Virus record (IMG/VR): IMGVR_UViG_3300042197_001060
Coordinates: 7,157-71,156 of that record
DNA length: 64,000 nucleotides
Direction: 5' to 3' (one strand)
DNA from: a virus
Lineage: Duplodnaviria > Caudoviricetes
Shown here piece by piece: positions 1 to 8,305 of the stretch. The notes under the pieces are model-generated. The model ran no database searches. It had not been told where the DNA came from and saw only the letters and a list, made by a program, of their open reading frames with translations. Positions within the stretch are counted from its first letter, which is position 1. Each line of letters starts with the position of its first letter. A program made the translations under genes and the position numbers.

Positions 1-672
1 ACAAGCAATATCCAATGCTTTTTTAGTTGCAATTGAAATCGTTGATTGATTGAATTTCACTTCATCAACAGTCGCATCGGATAAGAATGTCAATTCTCTT
101 GTTGTAGTTGCTTCACCCAATCCAGATGCTCCGAATACTACACCAGTCTCTGCATTAGTAAAACGAACTTGCAAACCGATACGAGTTACCATCATATTCT
201 TAACTCCATCCTTTAGATTTACGGTCTCATCCTCTGATACTGAATAATCGTAACATTCAATTGTCACAAAGTATTCCGCTAAATTTATTTTACCAAACCC
301 ATCCAATGCGTTTTCAGCTATTCCTGCTTGCGATGCTTGGAATTGTTTAACCATTCGGTTCTTAATTTCGGTTTTATCTTCGGTAAATTTGAAACGATTG
401 AGGTTTTCTAAATATTCCATTGAGATATTAGCCACACCCAAACCTACTCTTTTCTCTTTGAGTTCTGGATATAGTTCATACATCTCATCACTAATACCTG
501 CTTTTAGAATTTGAATTGGAATTTGACGACCTTCATAATCTAAAAATTGAGAGATGTCAATAGCAGTTTCAAATGATGCTTTGTATTGTTCAGTCTTTGT
601 AGTTCCTATGGTTTGAGCTACCGCAACACTGCTTAACAAACAAAAACTTAATAATGCGAATAATTTTTTCAT
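1..672 (-). CDS. CsgG/HfaB-like secreted protein (3' end beyond window)
   Basis: Not in the ORF track. Manual translation from ATG at 672 gives MKKLFALLSFCLLSSVAVAQTIG...GLGVANISMEYLENLNRFKFTE...GFGKIKLAEYFVTIECYDY...IGLQVRFTNAETGVVFGASGLGEA, open to base 1. Sec signal peptide plus the pattern of the CsgG/TolB-N fold. Confidence 0.65.
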   Translation of the reverse strand, partial: MKKLFALLSFCLLSSVAVAQTIGTTKTEQYKASFETAIDISQFLDYEGRQIPIQILKAGISDEMYELYPELKEKRVGLGVANISMEYLENLNRFKFTEDKTEIKNRMVKQFQASQAGIAENALDGFGKINLAEYFVTIECYDYSVSEDETVNLKDGVKNMMVTRIGLQVRFTNAETGVVFGASGLGEATTTRELTFLSDATVDEVKFNQSTISIATKKALDIAC

Positions 673-687
673 ACATATGTCTTTTCT

Positions 688-696
688 TATAAATAT
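688..696 (-). promoter_or_regulatory. ATATTTATA motif, candidate phage late promoter
   Basis: Identical 9-mer at 688, 8292, 21195 and 58435, each just upstream of a minus-strand gene start. Confidence 0.5.
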
Positions 697-727
697 AAAA
701 AAAGGGAGAAATTATAGTTTCTCCCTT
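697..727 (-). terminator. Rho-independent terminator
   Basis: Perfect 10-bp inverted repeat AAGGGAGAAA (702-711) / TTTCTCCCTT (718-727) with a 6-nt loop, followed on the minus strand by a T run; lies downstream of 768..1013. Confidence 0.75.
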
Positions 728-767
728 AAAATATATCTGCCCTTCCTACAGTTAAAAGATATATTTA

Positions 768-1013
768 TTATCCTTCTTCTTCAGATTTTCCTTTTTTTCC
801 GAAAATCTTACCAGCTTCGGCAATACCGAATGAACCTAATGTAATGATTACAAATGAATTGAAAATAGTATCACTAATTTCTAGTGTATTTCCCATAATA
901 CCAGTTACAATATCTGCACCAGCAAATATCGCCATAACTGCGAATGAACCAAATCCAACGATTGATTTTTCGTTGTAATCATTGTTGTCTTTGAAAATGT
1001 CTTTAAATGCCAT
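768..1013 (-). CDS. small two-TM membrane protein (holin-like)
   Basis: 81 aa, two hydrophobic segments, charged C-terminus. Confidence 0.55.
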   Translation of the reverse strand: MAFKDIFKDNNDYNEKSIVGFGSFAVMAIFAGADIVTGIMGNTLEISDTIFNSFVIITLGSFGIAEAGKIFGKKGKSEEEG

Positions 1014-1050
1014 AGTTTTTAATTTAAATTGTTAATACTATGTAACCCAT

Positions 1051-1674
1051 TTATCCCACCATTTCGGCGTCTTCGTCTTTTATCTTTCCACACTTCAAAC
1101 ACTCTTCATCACCATCACCATCTATATCACCCCAAATATGTTCACATTGTCTGTGTGCAAAGTAAACATCAATCTTACCATCACCATCGAAATCAATACC
1201 ATCCATTGTACCATCACCATCTTCATCCACTTCTACACCAACTTTAGTTTGTTGTTCGAAAGGACTTTCAATAGTTTTAGGATTATTTGGTTCTGATTTT
1301 ACATTTTGAATTGCTGCGGTAAATGCTTCTGGAATAATTGGAGAATATTGTTTAGGTTCAGAATCTTTCATATCTGCAGTATTACTTAAACTAACACCAT
1401 CTTCCTCATCCATTTTCTGAACTAACATTTTATCCTTATCAGTATCACTAAACCAATAGTCAATGATTTTACCATAAGAACCAATGAATGCTCCTAATAA
1501 TAATAAGAGAAGTTCTTTCCATTCCTGCCCAACAACAGTTTCTGTGTGAGTGGAGATTAAAATTCCAAATGTAGTAAACATAAATGTAATTAAGACGATT
1601 AAGGTCATTAACCATCTTCTATTCATCATTGAGTTTAATAAATCTTTAAATCCGCTTGGTTGTTGATTATTCAT
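1051..1674 (-). CDS. membrane protein with DxDGDG Ca-binding loops and a C-terminal Cys/His motif
   Basis: Two N-terminal TM helices; DEDGDG, DFDGDG and DIDGDG; CEHIW...CLKC. Confidence 0.6.
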   Translation of the reverse strand: MNNQQPSGFKDLLNSMMNRRWLMTLIVLITFMFTTFGILISTHTETVVGQEWKELLLLLLGAFIGSYGKIIDYWFSDTDKDKMLVQKMDEEDGVSLSNTADMKDSEPKQYSPIIPEAFTAAIQNVKSEPNNPKTIESPFEQQTKVGVEVDEDGDGTMDGIDFDGDGKIDVYFAHRQCEHIWGDIDGDGDEECLKCGKIKDEDAEMVG

Positions 1675-1680
1675 AGTTAA

Positions 1681-1995
1681 TTACCATTTAGGGGCTTCTT
1701 CTTTAAACTCATCACCTTCTTTTTTCTTCGCCTTTTCCACTGGCTTTTCTACAACTTTTTCTCTTTCAATGATTTTAGTTGTTCCACCACCTGCTGATTG
1801 TTGCTGCTCATTTGAGTTTGTGATGTTAATTACTGGAGCTGCTTGTTGAGCTGGAACAGGTTCATCACCTCCACCTGTTATTTGGGTTATACCCCATGTA
1901 CCTAAACCCATAACTGCGGTTGTTAGTACACCTATAATTGTCTTTTTTAATCCAGACAATGTCCCATCGTTGTTGTCTTCTGCTTCTTCTGACAT
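1681..1995 (-). CDS. hypothetical single-TM protein
   Basis: Hydrophobic stretch at aa ~20-38 and a low-complexity tail; tightly packed in the operon. Confidence 0.6.
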   Translation of the reverse strand: MSEEAEDNNDGTLSGLKKTIIGVLTTAVMGLGTWGITQITGGGDEPVPAQQAAPVINITNSNEQQQSAGGGTTKIIEREKVVEKPVEKAKKKEGDEFKEEAPKW

Positions 1996-2020
1996 TTTAT
2001 TACAGTTTTTGTTTATTAAA

Positions 2021-2392
2021 TTATAATTTGTTAAAATCTACTATTCCTAATTGATTGTTTTTTAAATCAAATAAGCCAATTCTATATGCAGATGACGGTA
2101 ATGCGGTGGTGTATACCTTTAAGATATTATCACCTACCTTTACATTCATCGTTTCTTTGGATACTACCCTATTGGATATATCAAAAATCTTAATCGTAAC
2201 TGGTTGTGCAATATCTACTTTAACATTCATTGCAACTTCGGTAGTTACGAATGATGTCTCTAATTTGATGCCAACTGAATTTTGTATTTTCAGTTCTTCA
2301 TTAACTTCTGTAATTGGTTGTTCGATTATAGTATCATCGATGCATCCACCCAATCCAAATATTAGTAATACTACTATAAGTATTCTTTTCAT
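2021..2392 (-). CDS. lipoprotein with T9SS C-terminal-sorting-domain-like Ig fold
   Basis: Lipobox LGGC; VTIKIFDISNRVV...GDNILKVYTTALPSSAYRI resembles the type A T9SS CTD pattern. Confidence 0.55.
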   Translation of the reverse strand: MKRILIVVLLIFGLGGCIDDTIIEQPITEVNEELKIQNSVGIKLETSFVTTEVAMNVKVDIAQPVTIKIFDISNRVVSKETMNVKVGDNILKVYTTALPSSAYRIGLFDLKNNQLGIVDFNKL

Positions 2393-2393
2393 T

Positions 2394-2747
2394 TTATTTA
2401 GTTATTATTAATGTTTTTCCAATTTCGGTTTTCGTAACATCTTCCAATAACAAATATAAATATCGTTTTTCTAATGAATTCGTATAAATCTTCTTTACAT
2501 TTTCACCAGAAGTTCCCTTAAATCTTTCTCTACTAATAACTTGTCCACTTTCTTTATCAATTAAAGTTAATGTATAAGTTCCATCGGATGGTAAATCAAA
2601 ATGCATATCTTGACCATTAACCACTCTATTTTCTTTCAAACTAAATATTTTTTGAGTAGTAGGTAGTGGGGGTGTAGGTAATTCAGGTTCGGTACAAGAT
2701 ACCACAACTCCTACACAAACCAACAATATAATTTTTATCCACTTCAT
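2394..2747 (-). CDS. lipoprotein with T9SS-CTD-like Ig fold (probable paralog of 2021..2392)
   Basis: Lipobox VVSC; FDLPSDGTYTLTLIDKESGQVISRE...GENVKKIYTNSL parallels the neighbour's SKE...GDNILKVYTTAL. Confidence 0.5.
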   Translation of the reverse strand: MKWIKIILLVCVGVVVSCTEPELPTPPLPTTQKIFSLKENRVVNGQDMHFDLPSDGTYTLTLIDKESGQVISRERFKGTSGENVKKIYTNSLEKRYLYLLLEDVTKTEIGKTLIITK

Positions 2748-2750
2748 ATC

Positions 2751-3650
2751 TTAAAATTGAAAGTTTGTCCCTATCATAAACATTAACGGGTTACTCTTTT
2801 TATATCCAACTGATTCACCTAATTTATCCCAAGTTGTATTATATCTGATATTAGTGTTTAATATAAATCTTTTAGTTATTTTCCAATCAATTGATGTACC
2901 ATAATATAAGTCCAAATTGAAATCATTTTTATAACCAAAATCAGATTCCCCATCTTTGAAATCTATATACACATCACTCATAGCAAATATTTGTGGTGAG
3001 ATATTAACTCTCTTTGTTTTAAGGGTATAGATGTACATTAACATTCCTTTGTAAGTAGTTTGTGATGATGCCGGCACAATTGGATATATGTTTTTTACCC
3101 AATTACCATTTTCATCAACAATATATTTTCCTTCCCAAGCACCTTCAGATTCTCCCCAAAATGTTTTACCTGCAGTTAAACTATATCCAAATGTTCCAAA
3201 CTTTTTAGTTCTAAACACATCTACGAATGATAGGTTAATATCCTTTTGAAAATCAAAATCAGTTGAATAAAATGTTTGTAAAGTAGTTGTTCTCTTTTCG
3301 GAATTTCTACTAAATCCATATCCCACACCATAATAATTCCATATAGGATTTATTGATGCTGTAAATGAGTGTCCCCATTGTCCATTCATTGATGATTTAC
3401 TATATCCTAAATTAAGAGTAGTAGATACCTGCTTTCCAATTATACCAACTGAAAGGTTTGATGAGGATAATACATCTTTTGAAAAATCTACATAAGATTG
3501 CAATATGCCTACATCGTTCCAATCATCACTTTCTCCAAATAATTCTTTTGGTGATAATTGTAGAGTATCAGGTATTGATGGAGTTTGAGAATACCCCCAA
3601 ATTTGTACTGTGAGTATAAAAATAAGAGTAATTATAAACTGTTTCATCAT
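2751..3650 (-). CDS. putative outer-membrane beta-barrel protein
   Basis: Signal peptide, aromatic/Gly-rich alternating strands, C-terminal MIGTNFQF ending in Phe (BAM beta-signal-like). Confidence 0.65.
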   Translation of the reverse strand: MMKQFIITLIFILTVQIWGYSQTPSIPDTLQLSPKELFGESDDWNDVGILQSYVDFSKDVLSSSNLSVGIIGKQVSTTLNLGYSKSSMNGQWGHSFTASINPIWNYYGVGYGFSRNSEKRTTTLQTFYSTDFDFQKDINLSFVDVFRTKKFGTFGYSLTAGKTFWGESEGAWEGKYIVDENGNWVKNIYPIVPASSQTTYKGMLMYIYTLKTKRVNISPQIFAMSDVYIDFKDGESDFGYKNDFNLDLYYGTSIDWKITKRFILNTNIRYNTTWDKLGESVGYKKSNPLMFMIGTNFQF

Positions 3651-5932
3651 TTTAATATTACTTTTAATTGTTTTCCATCTTTATTAACTGCATCGGTTGT
3701 TGATATTGATGTTAAACCTAATATATCCGTTGTGTTATCCGTTGGTGTAAATATTATTTTATATTCAGTTGTTTTGTCTAATATAGTAGAACCATCAGAA
3801 ACCAATGAACCAACATTAATAAAACTACCTCTGTTAATTCCATAGTTAGTAGGGTTTCCTTTTGTAGTAAATTCTACCTTTTCAAATTTTAATTTACTAT
3901 TATCATAATTTAATTGAAATTGAGTTCCAACTAATTCTTGTTGTAGTGGGTCTACTGATAGTGTTACAATAATACTATTACCTACAATCTCACTCATTAT
4001 TATCACATTTACTTCATTTGTAATCGAATTACTCATTACACTCATACTTCTAACCGAATTACTACTAACACTACTTACACTTTGTTGTGCTGAATGTGAA
4101 AGGTTTACATCGCCCAACCAAGTTACATTTATATTGTATGTGTTATTTAAACTACCTAATGTAAACGGAATTAGATTACGAGTTGAATTGAATTTAGTTC
4201 CCCAATTTGTTGTTGTTATCGCATCGTAATCTGATTTATTATATAACTTCATCAAATAAGTTAATGCGGTAGATTGTGAAAGTGATTGAACGCCTGTAAG
4301 ATGTTGTAATAATTTGTATGTATCTGATTCGTTAAATATACCATTACCATCCACATCTGCATTTAAATACTGAATACCATTTGTTAATCCCATCCCACTT
4401 TGATTTCCAAATATACCACCATCAGCCAATTCCTTAAATGCTAAATACACATCCGATACACCAACGATACTATTATATAATGTGTTTAGTTCCGTTTGAT
4501 TAGAATGTGTTAATTCCATTCCATGTGGTTTGTATGCTAATATTGGTGAAAAAGTAAATTCAGCCTGCAATCCATAAAATCCATTACCTGCTCTTATATT
4601 TTGTGCGAAAGATGAACCACTAAAATTAAATTGTGTTGCGGTATAAATGTAAACTTCAGTCCAACCATTTGAATCATACGAATTAAATGTAACAGGCCCG
4701 TTCCATAAATCAAATAGTTGTAAGCTTGAAATCATAGATGGTTGTGATACAATACTATTTACTTCTCTACTATCGATACCAACTCTATATCTTTGGTTTG
4801 TAGCATCGTATTCATAAATCACACACCACTCTACTTGCCCAGAAGTTGTTGTTGCTCTAACACCATTTAAAACTTTTGCAGTATCCAATAAACTTGTCAA
4901 ATCAACTTTACCCAATCCACTTAATTGTCTAGCAGTTCCGTTTACTGCATTCCAATTGTTATTTGTATATGTGTATCCTTTTGCTGTGAATTTAGTTTCA
5001 TCTACATTACTACCAAAATCAACATTGAATGTTGCTCTCAATAATTCTCCGTTTGAGTGAGTTACACTATTGGTATAAAATTCAGTAAATGTTGCATCAT
5101 CGGGATTAGTCCAAGTTCCAAATTCAACTACATAAGCACAAATAAAATGATTAGGTAAATCGTTCCATTGAGAACCACCTCCCCATTTAGTTACTGCGTA
5201 ATCTTCGTTACCGGCATTGTTTGGTTCACCACCTGCCCAGTTATTATATTGTCCAACTATGTTTCCAGCAGTTTGCCCGTTTGATGTTTTGATTAGAGTT
5301 CCAGCTTCAGGCCCTGCATCAATTCTCCATTGTCCTTCAACAACTTCATCGGTAAGAGCAAACCAAATACTAGATTGAGGAACATTGGCGAATATAAAAG
5401 CATCTTCCGAAGCAGATGTTATTGTTACCAAATATCCCGTCTGTCCTTTGAATGTTTGTTGAGATGATAATGTTCTTGCATTTATATAAGTTGCTCCTGT
5501 TGATATAGGTCTATAAAAGTGTCCATTAACTCCATTGTAAAAATATCCAACAGGATTTACAGTTGCAGCTACTGATAATTGAACATTACCTACTACTGAA
5601 CCCGTATTTATTTTTAGGGATGCCAATGCCGTATTAATATCAGCCATTGTTCCAGTTACTACTAAACGAGTTTTATTACCTGCTAAAGTAAATCCACTTG
5701 CAGCAGTTAGACCGATTGTTGTAGTTAGATAAAATGTAGTATTAGTCGATGGATTGATTAAACTGATTGATGTTAGAAGTGTTGCCGTTGAATTAAATCC
5801 ACTTAATACAAATCCACTTCCATCTTGCGCAGTTGTGGATGGTATAAAAGATTTAGAGTCCGGAGCAGATACACTCTGTCCGAACCCTAAAAATGATATA
5901 AATAAAAATAATGTAACTAATAAGTGTTTCAT
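3647..5932 (-). CDS. secreted C-type lectin domain protein with dockerin-like and cohesin-like domains
   Basis: Signal peptide; lectin motifs GYLVTITSASED, WFALTD, WAGGEPNN, WND; dockerin-like ADVDGNGIFNESD and GDVN; cohesin-like GTQFQLNYDNSKLKF. Start placed at MKHLL. Confidence 0.75.
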   Translation of the reverse strand: MKHLLVTLFLFISFLGFGQSVSAPDSKSFIPSTTAQDGSGFVLSGFNSTATLLTSISLINPSTNTTFYLTTTIGLTAASGFTLAGNKTRLVVTGTMADINTALASLKINTGSVVGNVQLSVAATVNPVGYFYNGVNGHFYRPISTGATYINARTLSSQQTFKGQTGYLVTITSASEDAFIFANVPQSSIWFALTDEVVEGQWRIDAGPEAGTLIKTSNGQTAGNIVGQYNNWAGGEPNNAGNEDYAVTKWGGGSQWNDLPNHFICAYVVEFGTWTNPDDATFTEFYTNSVTHSNGELLRATFNVDFGSNVDETKFTAKGYTYTNNNWNAVNGTARQLSGLGKVDLTSLLDTAKVLNGVRATTTSGQVEWCVIYEYDATNQRYRVGIDSREVNSIVSQPSMISSLQLFDLWNGPVTFNSYDSNGWTEVYIYTATQFNFSGSSFAQNIRAGNGFYGLQAEFTFSPILAYKPHGMELTHSNQTELNTLYNSIVGVSDVYLAFKELADGGIFGNQSGMGLTNGIQYLNADVDGNGIFNESDTYKLLQHLTGVQSLSQSTALTYLMKLYNKSDYDAITTTNWGTKFNSTRNLIPFTLGSLNNTYNINVTWLGDVNLSHSAQQSVSSVSSNSVRSMSVMSNSITNEVNVIIMSEIVGNSIIVTLSVDPLQQELVGTQFQLNYDNSKLKFEKVEFTTKGNPTNYGINRGSFINVGSLVSDGSTILDKTTEYKIIFTPTDNTTDILGLTSISTTDAVNKDGKQLKVILK

Positions 5933-5933
5933 A

Positions 5934-7583
5934 TTATTCAATGATTAAATCTATTTTGTTACCCCTTGCATCAACTGCATCTGAAAGAACAAAGAAGAAT
6001 AATCCTGCTGTATTTGATAATTGAACCTTTGGTGTGAATATTAATTTGTAAGGAGTACCGGTTTTGATTCTAGCAGTTTTTAGCTGGTCAATAGAACCAA
6101 ATGTCAATCTACCACCATCGTTGGTTGAGAAATTGGTTACGGTATTTCCTGCATCAAATATAATGTTATCCAAATTTAATTTATTATTATCATAATCCAT
6201 AATAACTTGTAATCCTGCTAATTCTTCTTTTGTTAAATTTGTAGTTAATACAACCTTATTATTTTCCAAAGTAATTGATACATTTAATTTAGCAGTTTCT
6301 AAATCTTCAGTTCTATATGCCATTATAGATGGTACACTCATAGATTTTTTTAAATTCACCTCACCATTAATTGAATTTGTGAATTGACCAGCAGTTATTC
6401 TACTTGCAATTTCAGTTGGGTCTGATGAATGTGACCAGTTTAAATCACCACCCCATGCAAATACTGCGTAAACCTCTTTAATTGGTGTATCAATAGTTAC
6501 CTTATACTTTGGAATACCATCTAACCAACTTTGATTTAGTAAACCACTAAACCATCTCCAAGATGTTGCAGTGTTTGTTGGTATAAATGCGTTTGTAGAT
6601 ACATCTTGCCCCATTACATACGCAAAAGAATAATATGAATCTGATTCATTAAATGTATCATCGTTTTTGGTAATGTTACCCACTTTCTTTTCCAAATTAG
6701 AGTATGTAAAGAAGTTTGGAGTTCCACTAATATCGGTTTGTGAATGCCCTAAAAAAGCCTTATATGAATCAGATACTGTAATTACATTGTTCATCCAAGC
6801 TTTTGATGATGCAGGTGATACAAATACACCAACCTCATCCCCAACTTTTACTTGCGTTGTGAAAAGTGCTTCACCACTCGAATCTAATGGTAATTGTGCA
6901 ATTGATTGTTGTGAAAAATCAATAGTACCATCCGTTTTCAACTTCATTAACTGAACATAATGGTCTGTAATAGCGTATCCTTGTGGGAATAGTACTCTAA
7001 CTTTAAATTGAGATGTGTTACCCGTTACATTTGTTAATGATAAACTTGTAGCATTACGGGTGATAGGTGCGATATTTGCAGATGCATCACTAATAGCATA
7101 CGCCAAATCCAACTTATGAATATCATTATAAGTGTTCTGGTCTTTCAATACAAATTTTTGAGTTGCTATATCACCATTGATTGCAGCATCGGTTCTTTGA
7201 ACAGTCAATTGTCCAACATTCCAATCGGCATTTACTGCATACCCCCAAGGTGTAGTTTGATATTGTTCATATAAGCTAGTAGCTGCTTTATTTGGAGCTG
7301 GGGTGAATTTGTAGTTATCCCATCCAGTATAGAATGTTTGAACTGAATTACCTTGTGAGAATACCGTACTGTTTGGCACCATTGCAAGTGCTTTGTTATT
7401 GAACGAATATCTCAACCAAAAATAACGAGGAGTTGTAGTTCCTCTATCTATGGTATATTTTACAGTCAGAGTATCACCAACTTGATAAGGAGGTGCAGGT
7501 GTTACAGATTGTGACACGGTTATTTGACCGAAAGATATTAGAGATATTAAAAATATCCCTAAAAACAATAAGAATTTTTTCAT
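5934..7583 (-). CDS. secreted protein with cohesin-like and dockerin-like domains (paralog of 3647..5932 C-terminal half)
   Basis: Signal peptide; VGDTLTV...LRYSFNNKAL; ITVSD...FNESD...GGDLNWSHS; C-terminal LAGLQVIMDYDNNKL. Start placed at MKKFLL. Confidence 0.7.
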   Translation of the reverse strand: MKKFLLFLGIFLISLISFGQITVSQSVTPAPPYQVGDTLTVKYTIDRGTTTPRYFWLRYSFNNKALAMVPNSTVFSQGNSVQTFYTGWDNYKFTPAPNKAATSLYEQYQTTPWGYAVNADWNVGQLTVQRTDAAINGDIATQKFVLKDQNTYNDIHKLDLAYAISDASANIAPITRNATSLSLTNVTGNTSQFKVRVLFPQGYAITDHYVQLMKLKTDGTIDFSQQSIAQLPLDSSGEALFTTQVKVGDEVGVFVSPASSKAWMNNVITVSDSYKAFLGHSQTDISGTPNFFTYSNLEKKVGNITKNDDTFNESDSYYSFAYVMGQDVSTNAFIPTNTATSWRWFSGLLNQSWLDGIPKYKVTIDTPIKEVYAVFAWGGDLNWSHSSDPTEIASRITAGQFTNSINGEVNLKKSMSVPSIMAYRTEDLETAKLNVSITLENNKVVLTTNLTKEELAGLQVIMDYDNNKLNLDNIIFDAGNTVTNFSTNDGGRLTFGSIDQLKTARIKTGTPYKLIFTPKVQLSNTAGLFFFVLSDAVDARGNKIDLIIE

Positions 7584-7584
7584 T

Positions 7585-8238
7585 TTATTTTTCCTCAAAT
7601 AGATTAGTTATAAGTTTTTCCGAAGCTTTCTTTAAGGCGTTACTTAAAGATGTTTGGTTGAACTTACCACCTTCATCTACTATGAGAGTTGACATAGAGA
7701 TTTCGGATGATGATTCTTCAACCATAACCTCTTTTGCCTTTTTGCCATCCTTATAAAGTGTTCCCTTTAATCTGATGACAACTTCTTCTTCATTTTTGTG
7801 AAATACGGAGATGTTTTTCTTTGTTGTTAAAACATCTAAATATACAATTTGAACTGCCAATTTGTTTGGGGCATTTGGAGTTAAATTTAATCCTTTTTCT
7901 TGCAAATATTCTTCTAATATGTTTTTAACACCAAATTCTAATTGTCTGTTTCCGGCTAATTTTCCAATTTTTACATTATTTGTTACTGATTCAATCCAAA
8001 TATGGTCATCTGCGTTATACCAAATATTTTGAGGTGAATCTTTGTGTCCACCGGAAATTGTATAATCGAACCAAGTTACAATAGATTGGGTTAATTCTCG
8101 TTGACCAGTCACCTCCAACGCTACCATAAAAATTTGGAAACAGAGTGCGGTTGATATGAATAAAAGTCCAAACCAACCAAGTATGGTCAGTATGTAATCA
8201 CCTACGGATGGTAATAAAACTGTTTTTATATAATTCAT
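7585..8238 (-). CDS. membrane-anchored CsgG/TolB-N-like protein
   Basis: N-terminal TM segment; FGVKNILEEYL and C-terminal KFNQTSLSNALKKA, similar to KFNQSTISIATKKA in the <1..672 protein. Confidence 0.5.
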   Translation of the reverse strand: MNYIKTVLLPSVGDYILTILGWFGLLFISTALCFQIFMVALEVTGQRELTQSIVTWFDYTISGGHKDSPQNIWYNADDHIWIESVTNNVKIGKLAGNRQLEFGVKNILEEYLQEKGLNLTPNAPNKLAVQIVYLDVLTTKKNISVFHKNEEEVVIRLKGTLYKDGKKAKEVMVEESSSEISMSTLIVDEGGKFNQTSLSNALKKASEKLITNLFEEK

Positions 8239-8291
8239 AAAGATTATAGTTTTTAATTAAAACAAAATTAAATAACCTTTATTGTACTACA

Positions 8292-8300
8292 TATAAATAT
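8292..8300 (-). promoter_or_regulatory. ATATTTATA motif heading the envelope operon
   Basis: Exact copy of the recurring 9-mer, 54 nt upstream of the ATG at 8238. Confidence 0.5.
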
Positions 8301-8305
8301 AACTA

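Noticed and set aside
688-696. Plus-strand TATAAATA as T4-type late promoters driving plus-strand genes
   Set aside because: No credible plus-strand genes follow; the positions consistently precede minus-strand starts.
1029-1247. His-rich plus-strand ORF (HHHHH)
   Set aside because: Antisense shadow of the GAT/GGT-rich DxDGDG codons of 1051..1674.
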